DNA of 64,000 nt from Deltaproteobacteria bacterium (GTDB taxonomy: Bacteria > Myxococcota_A > Polyangia > Fen-1088): assembly GCA_033763315.1 (NCBI GenBank), contig JANRKS010000016.1:96001-160000 (forward strand), written 5' to 3'. The position numbers were made by a program, and so were the translations under genes. The notes under the pieces are model-generated. The model saw nothing but the letters and a program-made list of their open reading frames with translations, was not told the DNA's origin and made no database searches. Of the stretch, positions 55,612 to 64,000 are shown in pieces. The first letter of the stretch is position 1. The number at the start of each line of letters is the position of its first letter.

Positions 55612-57387
55612 GTGCTGCTTGCCGCTCGGTGGCTATGTTTACGTTCGCTGCAAGGGCTACGCCCTTGCGCTTTGTGCCTTACTGACTGGAGTAGTTGCAT
55701 GCAGTACGGGTCTTTCGGGAGGAGCTTCGGGTCGCTGGCGTCTCGCAAGCGTTGTGGTCGCTCATCCGCGCTCTTGGCGATAACCGTCGTCGTCGCGTGC
55801 GGTGGCACGTCAACCCGCGATGACACAGGCAACAAGCCAGGACCGGGCGGGAACGGCCCGGGTGGTGAAGATTCAACGTACAACGTTTGCGACACCGTGG
55901 GACCCGCTCCCGTGCGCCGTCTCACCAGATCGGAGTATACAAACACGCTCAAAGATCTCCTGGGATCGTTGCCGCTCAACTCCGACAGCCTTGTGGCGGA
56001 TGGCTCTGCGGGAATCTTTCGCAGCAACGTCAGCGTTCCAGTCACACCTTCGGTTGCGAATGAATACCGTGACCTTGCCGAGAAGGTGGCGGGCGAAGCC
56101 GCGAAACAATTAGGAGCTGTCACTGGTTGCAAATCTGCCAGTGACGAGTGCGCCAAGTCGTTTATCAGTGATTTCGGCCAACGCGCTTTCCGCCGCCCCC
56201 TGAGTGAAGACGAACGCCTGCGCTACGTGGGCCTTTATACAAGCCTGCGCGACGAGGCGAAGCAAAGCTACGAAGCGTCCTTGCAAACCGTGATCGCGGC
56301 CTTCTTGCAATCGCCGTATTTCTTGAACCGCATTGAACGGCAGGGCGCCGAGGGCAAGTTGACATCGTGGGATATGGCGTCTCGGCTGTCCTACTTCCTG
56401 TGGGGAACCATGCCGGATACGGCGCTTTTCGATGCGGCGGCTTCAAATGAGCTTCTGACAGACGAAGGGATCCAGGCGCAGACGGATCGCCTCTTACGGG
56501 ATCCACGTGCGCAGCCGATGGTACGAAGCTTTTACGCGCAGTGGCTTGAGCTTGAAAAGCTTGACCGTGTCACGCGCAGCTCGGAGAGGTTTCCTGAAAT
56601 GTCGCATGACTTGCTCGTCGACATGCGAACGGAGGTCGAAAAGTTTAGCGAGAGCCTTCACGCGCGCGAGGGTGGGTCTTTAACCGATCTTCTCACACAA
56701 CCCTTTGGCTATGTGACGCCCAGGTTGGCTGCAATTTACGGATTAAAGAACGCGAAAGACGGAGAAGTTGACCTAAACCGAGAAGAGCGCGCCGGCATTC
56801 TCACAAGCGCGGCCTTCTTAACTCTGAACGCACACTTTGAAGACACTTCGCCCGTACATCGGGGCAAGTTCGTAAGAGAGCGGCTGCTATGCCAGCTGAT
56901 GCCCTCGCCCCCAGGTGATGTGCAAGTGGTATTGCCGCCGCCAGACCCCAACCTTAGCACCAGAGAGCGGTATCAAAAGCATCTGGACGACCCGTACTGC
57001 CGCGGTTGTCACATCCTCATGAACCCCATCGGCCTTGCGTTCGAGGGCTATGATCCTGTGGGCCGCCACCGCACGAACGAAAACGGGTTGACCATCGACA
57101 CATCGGGTGAACTGGGCAGCACCGCCGACATTAATGGAGCGTTCAAAGATCCGATCGAGTTGGCCAACAGGCTGGCGACAAGCCAAGAAGTGGCAGGGTG
57201 TATGGCGAAGCATTGGTTCACCTTCGCCATGGGTCGGCCTGTGGAGGATGAAGACGAGTGCACCTTGCAGGCCGTCACGCAGGCGTTTGTGTCAGCGCGG
57301 CTTGATTTGCGATCGTTAATTTATTCCATCGTGACAAGCGACGGGTTCCGCAAGATTGCGCCCCCGACGAAGGAGCAGTGCGAATGA
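55612..57387 (+). CDS. DUF1592-family lipoprotein (pair 4; start likely downstream)
   Basis: VVAC lipobox, RRLTRSEY.N, LQSPYFL, SPVHRG, CRGCH. Confidence 0.9.
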   Translation: MLLAARWLCLRSLQGLRPCALCLTDWSSCMQYGSFGRSFGSLASRKRCGRSSALLAITVVVACGGTSTRDDTGNKPGPGGNGPGGEDSTYNVCDTVGPAPVRRLTRSEYTNTLKDLLGSLPLNSDSLVADGSAGIFRSNVSVPVTPSVANEYRDLAEKVAGEAAKQLGAVTGCKSASDECAKSFISDFGQRAFRRPLSEDERLRYVGLYTSLRDEAKQSYEASLQTVIAAFLQSPYFLNRIERQGAEGKLTSWDMASRLSYFLWGTMPDTALFDAAASNELLTDEGIQAQTDRLLRDPRAQPMVRSFYAQWLELEKLDRVTRSSERFPEMSHDLLVDMRTEVEKFSESLHAREGGSLTDLLTQPFGYVTPRLAAIYGLKNAKDGEVDLNREERAGILTSAAFLTLNAHFEDTSPVHRGKFVRERLLCQLMPSPPGDVQVVLPPPDPNLSTRERYQKHLDDPYCRGCHILMNPIGLAFEGYDPVGRHRTNENGLTIDTSGELGSTADINGAFKDPIELANRLATSQEVAGCMAKHWFTFAMGRPVEDEDECTLQAVTQAFVSARLDLRSLIYSIVTSDGFRKIAPPTKEQCE

Positions 57388-58688
57388 GCTTCGGACGAAG
57401 AACTTTGGTACGTCGCTTTGGGGCGTCGCTGCTGGCATCACCGGCATTCACCTTGATGGGATTAGGAGCACAAGCGGCCGAGAAGCCGCCCCGTCGGCTG
57501 GTCGTCTTTGCCACACCGAACGGAACGGTAATGAATTCGTTCTGGGGTCCGAACGCCGACACGTTGGGGCCGATCCTATCGCCGCTTAAGGCCTACCAAA
57601 AGCGGCTCTTGGTGATGCGTGGCATCGACATGCTATCGGCGTACGAGGAGCCGATTCCCGCCGATCATCGTCCCGACTTTGCCAACGCACTCATTGCGAA
57701 GCAGCCATTCCTGACGACCGCAGGGTTTCCGATTGCGGCGGACATCTCAATCGATCAGCACATCGCCAACACGGTGGGCAAATCCACCCGCGTCGCCTCC
57801 TTGCAAATGGGCGTGGACTCGGAGATTGGGTTCGGTCCGATCAACGGCGTGGGACCCAGGCGCGGCATCCAACCTCAAAACGTCACGTCCGCGATATACG
57901 AAAGAACATTTGGTGAGCTGGCCAAGAGCGCCGGCGAAGCAAGCGCGATGGTGGGCAACCGAACGCGCAAGAGCGTGCTGGACGTCATCAACAAGGACTT
58001 GCTGGCAGCGCGCTGTGTGGTCTCGAAAGAGGAACGACTGAAGCTGGATTCGCACGCCGAGGCGCTCCGCGAACTTGAGCGCGAACTCTCCTTGGACGCC
58101 GCGCCGGTGGGCGCGTGTGCGGCACCTCCTGCGCCTTCGGCAAACAAGGTGGATTTTCCGACGCGGGGAAAGATGCAGATGGATCTCATTGCCAGTCTGC
58201 TTGCATGCGATTTAACGCGTGTGATCACACTGCAATGGAGCACGGGGCAATCACAGATCGCGTATCCGTGGGCGGGCGTGATGGGCTCCCACCACGCAAT
58301 CTCCCACGGCACGGACGGAAGCAGCCGCGACCCCGTTGAGCGCGACAAGTTGATTGTGAAGATTGAAACTTGGTACGCCGAACAGTTTGCTTACCTTTGC
58401 GGAAAGCTGGATGCCATCAAAGAGGCGGACGGAACGAGCGTCTTAGACAACACAGCTTTGCTTTGGATCCATGAACAAAGCGATGGGTTTAGTCACAGCC
58501 GCAAGGATATGCCGTACGTGTTGGCCGGTGGGTGCCAAGGGCAGTTTCGTGTGGGCCGCCAATTGAACCTCAACGGGGTTCCCCACAACGGTCTTCTCAT
58601 CTCGCTGGCCGAAGCCATGGGCGTGCCAACGCCCAGCTTTGGTCTCGCCAAGCACTCACAAGGAAAGATTGGGTCGCTTCATGCTTAA
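57384..58688 (+). CDS. DUF1552-family protein (pair 4)
   Basis: GRRTLV, SIDQHIA, KLDSH..ALRELER, ACDLTRV, SHHAISH, VLDNT. Confidence 0.9.
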   Translation: MSFGRRTLVRRFGASLLASPAFTLMGLGAQAAEKPPRRLVVFATPNGTVMNSFWGPNADTLGPILSPLKAYQKRLLVMRGIDMLSAYEEPIPADHRPDFANALIAKQPFLTTAGFPIAADISIDQHIANTVGKSTRVASLQMGVDSEIGFGPINGVGPRRGIQPQNVTSAIYERTFGELAKSAGEASAMVGNRTRKSVLDVINKDLLAARCVVSKEERLKLDSHAEALRELERELSLDAAPVGACAAPPAPSANKVDFPTRGKMQMDLIASLLACDLTRVITLQWSTGQSQIAYPWAGVMGSHHAISHGTDGSSRDPVERDKLIVKIETWYAEQFAYLCGKLDAIKEADGTSVLDNTALLWIHEQSDGFSHSRKDMPYVLAGGCQGQFRVGRQLNLNGVPHNGLLISLAEAMGVPTPSFGLAKHSQGKIGSLHA

Positions 58689-59751
58689 ACGCGGCTGGCT
58701 CTTGTTCATGTGTTTGAGCGTGGGCTGTGCTTCAGGCGCTGGGGATTCAGGCAGTAAAGAAGACGAAGCCGATGCCGAAGCCGGCGGCAATGGTGGGGCT
58801 GGTGGAGGTGAACAGAATCAGTCCAGTGCCGACGCGATGGATGAACAGGTGAAGGCGGATGCGGCGGCGCCCGTTGTTCCCGATGCCGCGAGCGCAGGTG
58901 GCCGCGGCGGAGCGGGCGGCGGGACGACTACACCACGACCGGCGCCTCCCGATGGCACTTATTACGAGGCGCCCCCTTATGCCCTTGGTCCCGATTCACT
59001 CGGTTCGTCTTCGCTCAAGCGGGGAAAGTTGCAGCCAATCTTAACGGCAAAAAGCGCGATCTATGGTGATCGAACTTTCACATATCGATTTTATATGCCA
59101 CCCGGCTACGACCCCGCCAAGCCGGTGGCGTTGCTCATTGCTCTTGATGGCGACGTCTATTTGTCGAACCCGCAGTGGCGGACCACGGTGGTGCTCGACG
59201 CTTTGACGGCACGCCAAGAGATCCCCATGACGCTCACGATGTTCGTAAACCCGATCGAAAACGCCCGCGGAGAGCAGTACAACGGCAGCGATGACAAATT
59301 CGCCCGCCATACGATTGATGAGCTTTTACCTTTGGCGGCTGCACAAGCCAACTTGGTTGATTCACCCAAAGCCCGCGCCATCATGGGCCACAGCTCTGGC
59401 GGCTTGGCGGCGTTTCGCGTGGGATGGCATCGGCCCGACAAATTCATGCGCATCATCACCCACAGTGGCAGCTTTGCGGCTCCCACCCAAGGCGATGTTT
59501 TCGTCAACATGATTGCCTCAACCTCCCCAGCCAAAGCCATCCGCGTCTTCTTGCAAAGCGGAACGATGGACATCAATGGATGGCTAGACAAAAACAAGGC
59601 CATGGCCACAGCCTTGGCCGCCAAGGGGTACGCACACCGTTTGGTGTGGGGCGATTCCGGTCACGGGTTCGAGCACAACGGCGCCGTGTTGCCCGAGACG
59701 ATGCGATGGGCTTGGAAGGACTTTGATCCCGCTTGGAACCAAGCGCAGTAG
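58681..59751 (+). CDS. Enterochelin-esterase-like alpha/beta hydrolase lipoprotein
   Basis: SVGC lipobox, YMPPGYD, LDG, DELLP, GHSSGG, GH..G....P...W. Confidence 0.85.
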   Translation: MLKRGWLLFMCLSVGCASGAGDSGSKEDEADAEAGGNGGAGGGEQNQSSADAMDEQVKADAAAPVVPDAASAGGRGGAGGGTTTPRPAPPDGTYYEAPPYALGPDSLGSSSLKRGKLQPILTAKSAIYGDRTFTYRFYMPPGYDPAKPVALLIALDGDVYLSNPQWRTTVVLDALTARQEIPMTLTMFVNPIENARGEQYNGSDDKFARHTIDELLPLAAAQANLVDSPKARAIMGHSSGGLAAFRVGWHRPDKFMRIITHSGSFAAPTQGDVFVNMIASTSPAKAIRVFLQSGTMDINGWLDKNKAMATALAAKGYAHRLVWGDSGHGFEHNGAVLPETMRWAWKDFDPAWNQAQ

Positions 59752-59807
59752 GCGGTTGGTGAGCGGAGGAGGCCCGCAGTGGGTCCCCCCGCTCGATCTA
59801 CAACTGT

Positions 59808-61349
59808 CTAGGCCTTCAGCAGCGGCAGAGGCTGGCTGGCAGATGAAAAGGCGCCAGGGTTAAGCTTGAAGCTCTTGAGGTTTGGATCCTGCAGATTCAG
59901 CCCATATCCCGGTACGTTGTTGCGCTCAAACTCGGCGGGGGCCAGCCCCATGGCCTGCAGCGCCGTCGCGAGCCACTGGTTCCACGTGAGTCCGTAGTAC
60001 AAGACCGAAGGAGACGTTGCGCTGCCAAACCGCTGCGCCGGCGTCTTGCAACGATAGTCGAGAAATTGCCCCGTTTTGAAATAGCCACCCGCGGAGCCGG
60101 CGAGGATGAGAGGCATGTTGGCATTGTCATGCGTTGACATTCCCGACTCTTGCGACCACGCCATCAGCGTGTTGTCCAAATAGGTTCGCCCCGCGAAGTC
60201 TTCAACGGCATCTAGCTTGCGCGCGAGATCAGCGTAGATCCATTCGAACACGTTGCGGTTGTGCTGCACGAGCCTCGTTTGCGCGTCGGCTTGTTGCCAC
60301 ATGTGCGCGGTGTCTTGATGCCAAGATCCAGAGAAGTCAACAAGCGGGGCCGCCGCTCCGATGGTGGCAATGCCACTCGTTCCACAAAGGAAGGCGGCAA
60401 CAATGACGTCGTTGTAGGCCTGGAAGCGCAGCTTGAGATCTGCGGGCCGCGAAGAGTTGGTGTTGACGCTGCCAGGTCGTTTGGCTGTTCCGCACGACTT
60501 TGCAGAGGACGCCATCGCCGCCAATTTGCGCTCGAGTTCATTGAGGCGAGCGATGTGGTCATCGAGTCTTTGTTTGTCTTCAACGGACAACCGCCGGTTG
60601 CTTTCGCGCAGCGATCGGTAGTTGGCGCGCACTTTATCGACGATGCTTTTGCGCGTAGGCACCGGCGAGGACGGCTGTTGCACCTGCCCAACCGTGGAAT
60701 CAAACAAGGCCTGCGGATCGTACTCGGACCGGATGCCCTGAATGTTTCCCGACTTGGTCGTGGTGTTCGACCAATAGAACGAAAAGCCTCCGCGCGATCC
60801 TGTCGCGATGGTTCGTTCCCGCACACTTGAGAGTTGGGTATAAAAGCCCGGGGCGTAAGCCATCAACTGATCGATGGTGGGCATGGGGAACTGTTGGGCG
60901 TAGGACCCTTCGCCACCGTTGCCGTCATTGCGCGCGTAATTGCCTAGGTGCCCGCCCGTGTTGTGGGCGATGTAAAATGGGATGCACAGGCCCTGCACCA
61001 CATTCATTTTGGCCACGAGCGACGTGGGAAAGACGGTTGTGGGCGCGCGAAGTACGGGCGACAAAACCGTGTCCGCACCTTCGATTTTGGCTTCGAGGTT
61101 TCCGTAGTGCATGTCGAACCCGGGAAACAGGTTCTTGACGTTCGGCGCCATTGCGTCGGGCGGAAACATGTTCGACTGATAAACGCCGCCATGGTCCGTC
61201 ATGACGGCGACAAACCGCTTTTGAAGCGGGGGTGTCACCTCAGCGGCGTAGGCCGCTATCGGCACCAACGATCGCAAAAAGGGAACACCCAGCGTAAACC
61301 CACCTGCTCCACTTATGAACTGCCTGCGGCGCATCAAGAGTTTTTTCAT
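59808..61349 (-). CDS. DUF1552-family Tat-exported protein without an adjacent DUF1592 gene
   Basis: RRRQFI, PFLRSL, TIDQ, RLDDH...L.ELER, WHQD.AH, YLDNT, ESG..TH. Confidence 0.85.
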   Translation of the reverse strand: MKKLLMRRRQFISGAGGFTLGVPFLRSLVPIAAYAAEVTPPLQKRFVAVMTDHGGVYQSNMFPPDAMAPNVKNLFPGFDMHYGNLEAKIEGADTVLSPVLRAPTTVFPTSLVAKMNVVQGLCIPFYIAHNTGGHLGNYARNDGNGGEGSYAQQFPMPTIDQLMAYAPGFYTQLSSVRERTIATGSRGGFSFYWSNTTTKSGNIQGIRSEYDPQALFDSTVGQVQQPSSPVPTRKSIVDKVRANYRSLRESNRRLSVEDKQRLDDHIARLNELERKLAAMASSAKSCGTAKRPGSVNTNSSRPADLKLRFQAYNDVIVAAFLCGTSGIATIGAAAPLVDFSGSWHQDTAHMWQQADAQTRLVQHNRNVFEWIYADLARKLDAVEDFAGRTYLDNTLMAWSQESGMSTHDNANMPLILAGSAGGYFKTGQFLDYRCKTPAQRFGSATSPSVLYYGLTWNQWLATALQAMGLAPAEFERNNVPGYGLNLQDPNLKSFKLNPGAFSSASQPLPLLKA

Positions 61350-61451
61350 TTTTGAACTGCCTGTACGCAAAAGGTTGTACTCACTTTACGCGCGCCACCA
61401 TGTCAACCCCTGCGCGTCGTCGTGCGCGAAATGACGAAGGGTGTACTGAAG

Positions 61452-64000
61452 CTACGGTGCTGCGCATTCACCTTTGAAACGGTGCTGGCCTGATCCTACG
61501 TCTTGGGTCTTTGACGCCGTTGCTGTAGACGATGATGACGAGGGCAACGTCACCTTGGCGCGGGCGTTGGGAGGAATCGTAATTTGAAGCTGGAATTTCC
61601 CTTGGTCGCAGCGCCATTCGCTCTTCACCAATCCGTAGGGTGTCTCCACCGCGCCCGTGGCGCGCGTCAACCCGCCCCCCGGCTGAGGAGCGATTTGCAC
61701 CAAGCGGTAGCCGGGCTCAAGAGGCGAGATGCCCGCCACGGTGTCGTACAGCCATTCGCCCACCGCACCTAAAGAGTAGTGGTTGAAGCTGTTCATCGTG
61801 GGCGAGGCAAACCCCTTCTCTTTCGTCCACCCATCCCAGCGTTCCCAAATGGTGGTGGCGCCGGCCTTGATGCTGTAGCCCCATGACGGAAACGTTTCTT
61901 TCGTAAGCAGCTTGTAGGCCACATCAAGCCGACCAAACCGAGACAACGTCGGCAATAGGTGGCCCACGCCTATGAATCCCGTGGTTAGGTGCCCCGCGTG
62001 AGACTCGATGTCTTGCACCAAGTGCTGCAGTGCCTTTTCACGAAGCGGCTCAGGCAAAAGGTTAAAACGAAGCGCCAATACGTAAGCCGTTTGCGTATCG
62101 CTCTTGATACGCGCGTCCGACGAAACAAACGCCTTTACAAACGCGTCCCGAATTTGTTTTGCCAGTGATTGATAGGCATGGGCGTCGTCAAGGTAGCCAA
62201 GGGCGTGCGCCGTTTGCGCGACGAGCGACGTTGTTTGCGCAAAGAACGCCGTCGCCAAAACCGTCTTGTCTGTGTTTGCGTTAAGGGATAGCCAATCACC
62301 AAAGTTGCCGCCCTGCTTTTTCTCCCACAGCAGATTCGGGTTGTTGCTGCGAATCCACGCCACCCAACTTTTCATGGCCGCATAGTTGTCACGCAGCAGC
62401 TGCAGGTCGCCGAATTCCTCGTAGAGGGCCCAAGGTATGATGACGCCTGCGTCACCCCACCCCGGGGTTGAATCTCCCGTCGCCGGGGCGCGCGGCGCAA
62501 CATCCGAAAACGCGCCGGCCGGGCTTTGCGCATCCCGCACATCGGCCAGCCATTTTGCCAAAAATGGCAACACGTTACGGTTGCGCGCAGCCGTGCGTAC
62601 AAACACTTGAGCGTCACCCAACCAGCCAAGGCGTTCATCACGTTGCGGGCAATCCGTGGGCACGCTGATGAAATTTCCTCTTTGACCCCACTCAATGTTG
62701 GAGACAAGTTGGTTCACGAGTGCATTTGAGGTTTGGAGCCGGCCCGTGACGGGCATCTCTGAATGCACCACCGCGGCTGTTAGAACATCGCGCGAAGGTC
62801 GGCCCGGAAAACCAACAAGCTCAACGAACCGAAATCCATGGATCGAAAAGCGCGGCTGCCAAACCTCCTTTCGATCCAAGCCCGCGAACGTATACCGATC
62901 CGTAGCCTGGGCCGTTCGGAGGTTCTCAGTGTAAAGCGATCCATCCTGATTCAGCATCTCGCCAAAGCGCAGGGTGATCTGTGTTCCGCGCGGCGCCTGA
63001 GCACGCAGTTTCGCAAACCCTGGCATGTTTTGGCCGAAGTCAAAGATATAGACGCCGGGCGACGGCTGTGTCACAGCAACCGCCTTGCGCTCCTCGAACA
63101 CACGTACAGGCAAGCTGGCTTCTGCAACCAATCGAGGATCTTGCGGTGTTCGCGCTATCACGTGTGCAGGCGCCCACTCGTGATCGTCATAAGTTGGGGT
63201 TGACCAACGTGCGTCGAGCGCGGTGGCGTCGAACGTTTCACCGTCTTGTAAGTCCGCTGCTTTGATGGGGCCCGGCGTTGCCTTCCAGCCTGGACCGGAA
63301 TGAATCACCTGGCGTTTGCCATCTTGTGTTTCGATGACCAGGTTCAACAGCAAACGCGCATGGTCTCCGTAAGCGCTTCTACCCGCATACCCCACCTTCC
63401 CCGCATACCAACCATCTGCCACGTAGGCGCCAATCGCGTTTCGCCCTGAGATAACCTGAGACGTAACGTCGTGCGTTTGGTATTGCAGCCGCTTGCCATA
63501 GTCTGTCCACCCAGGCGCAAGCTGTTCACTGCCAACCTTGTGGCCATTGAGCTCCACTTCGTAAAGTCCCAACGCCGTGACGTAAAGCCGCGCGGATCGA
63601 ACTTTTCCACTGATGTCGAAGACCCTCCGCAGCTGCGGCGCAGGGCGCGCTCGAAAGTAGTCGATGACGTTTAAGTTGGCCACACCTCGCCAAAATTTTC
63701 CCTGCCCGGCAGGTGCGGCTTCTTTGGCTGCCACCCACACGTGATTGCCGTTGTGCGCTTGCCAGCGTCTGTCCGTTGAAAGGATGATTGTGGAACCGCC
63801 TTCAAGTTGCACGCGCAGTTGAGCGGCCACGCCAGCGGCATCGCTCCCGTTGGAGGCGGCAAAAACGATCTCATTTTCGCCAGCGTGAAGCGCTTGTCGC
63901 ACATCGAAGGGATAAAGGCGATACAGCCCGGGCGCCCTGCCGATGTGTTGGTTGTTCACAGTGATGTTGGCTTCACCATCCGCGGCCACACCCAAGTACG
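61452..64000 (-). CDS. Alpha-L-rhamnosidase, GH78 (5' end outside window)
   Basis: LAPGWTDY, DFGQN, PTDCPQRDERLGWLGD, FGDWL, GATTIWERW, MNSFNHY. Confidence 0.95.
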   Translation of the reverse strand, partial: YLGVAADGEANITVNNQHIGRAPGLYRLYPFDVRQALHAGENEIVFAASNGSDAAGVAAQLRVQLEGGSTIILSTDRRWQAHNGNHVWVAAKEAAPAGQGKFWRGVANLNVIDYFRARPAPQLRRVFDISGKVRSARLYVTALGLYEVELNGHKVGSEQLAPGWTDYGKRLQYQTHDVTSQVISGRNAIGAYVADGWYAGKVGYAGRSAYGDHARLLLNLVIETQDGKRQVIHSGPGWKATPGPIKAADLQDGETFDATALDARWSTPTYDDHEWAPAHVIARTPQDPRLVAEASLPVRVFEERKAVAVTQPSPGVYIFDFGQNMPGFAKLRAQAPRGTQITLRFGEMLNQDGSLYTENLRTAQATDRYTFAGLDRKEVWQPRFSIHGFRFVELVGFPGRPSRDVLTAAVVHSEMPVTGRLQTSNALVNQLVSNIEWGQRGNFISVPTDCPQRDERLGWLGDAQVFVRTAARNRNVLPFLAKWLADVRDAQSPAGAFSDVAPRAPATGDSTPGWGDAGVIIPWALYEEFGDLQLLRDNYAAMKSWVAWIRSNNPNLLWEKKQGGNFGDWLSLNANTDKTVLATAFFAQTTSLVAQTAHALGYLDDAHAYQSLAKQIRDAFVKAFVSSDARIKSDTQTAYVLALRFNLLPEPLREKALQHLVQDIESHAGHLTTGFIGVGHLLPTLSRFGRLDVAYKLLTKETFPSWGYSIKAGATTIWERWDGWTKEKGFASPTMNSFNHYSLGAVGEWLYDTVAGISPLEPGYRLVQIAPQPGGGLTRATGAVETPYGLVKSEWRCDQGKFQLQITIPPNARAKVTLPSSSSSTATASKTQDVGSGQHRFKGECAAP

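Overview
GC-rich bacterial chromosomal window, probably Myxococcota, judged from the myxobacterial-type sigma/Ser-Thr kinase pair, the DUF1592/DUF1552 expansion and the M4 protease accessory domains. (1) 1-970: 3' part of uvrA. (2) ~1.25-21 kb: an integron-type gene-cassette array with no integrase gene in the window. It has an attI-like site (crossover GTTGGCC, 1288-1294), about 10 complete and several truncated ~123-135 bp attC sites sharing a family-specific core, and two homologous gene-less cassettes of identical length in positions 1 and 2. Further cassettes encode two paralogous Abi-alpha-like proteins, a HEPN-like protein, BrnTA, a deleted HigB plus HigA, a methyltransferase, a GNAT, a hydrolase and a rifamycin ADP-ribosyltransferase (arr). 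One cassette is interrupted by an IS3 element that itself carries a class D (RmInt1-like) group II intron. The array decays distally through deletions. (3) 21-64 kb: LysR/pirin, DUF5916, an SGNH hydrolase with 7 repeats, two Ser/Thr kinases and a sigma factor, four DUF1592-DUF1552 pairs plus an orphan DUF1552, a Prc protease, a large M4 protease with a two-component system, an esterase and a partial GH78 rhamnosidase. All family assignments come from motif recognition by eye, not from database searches.
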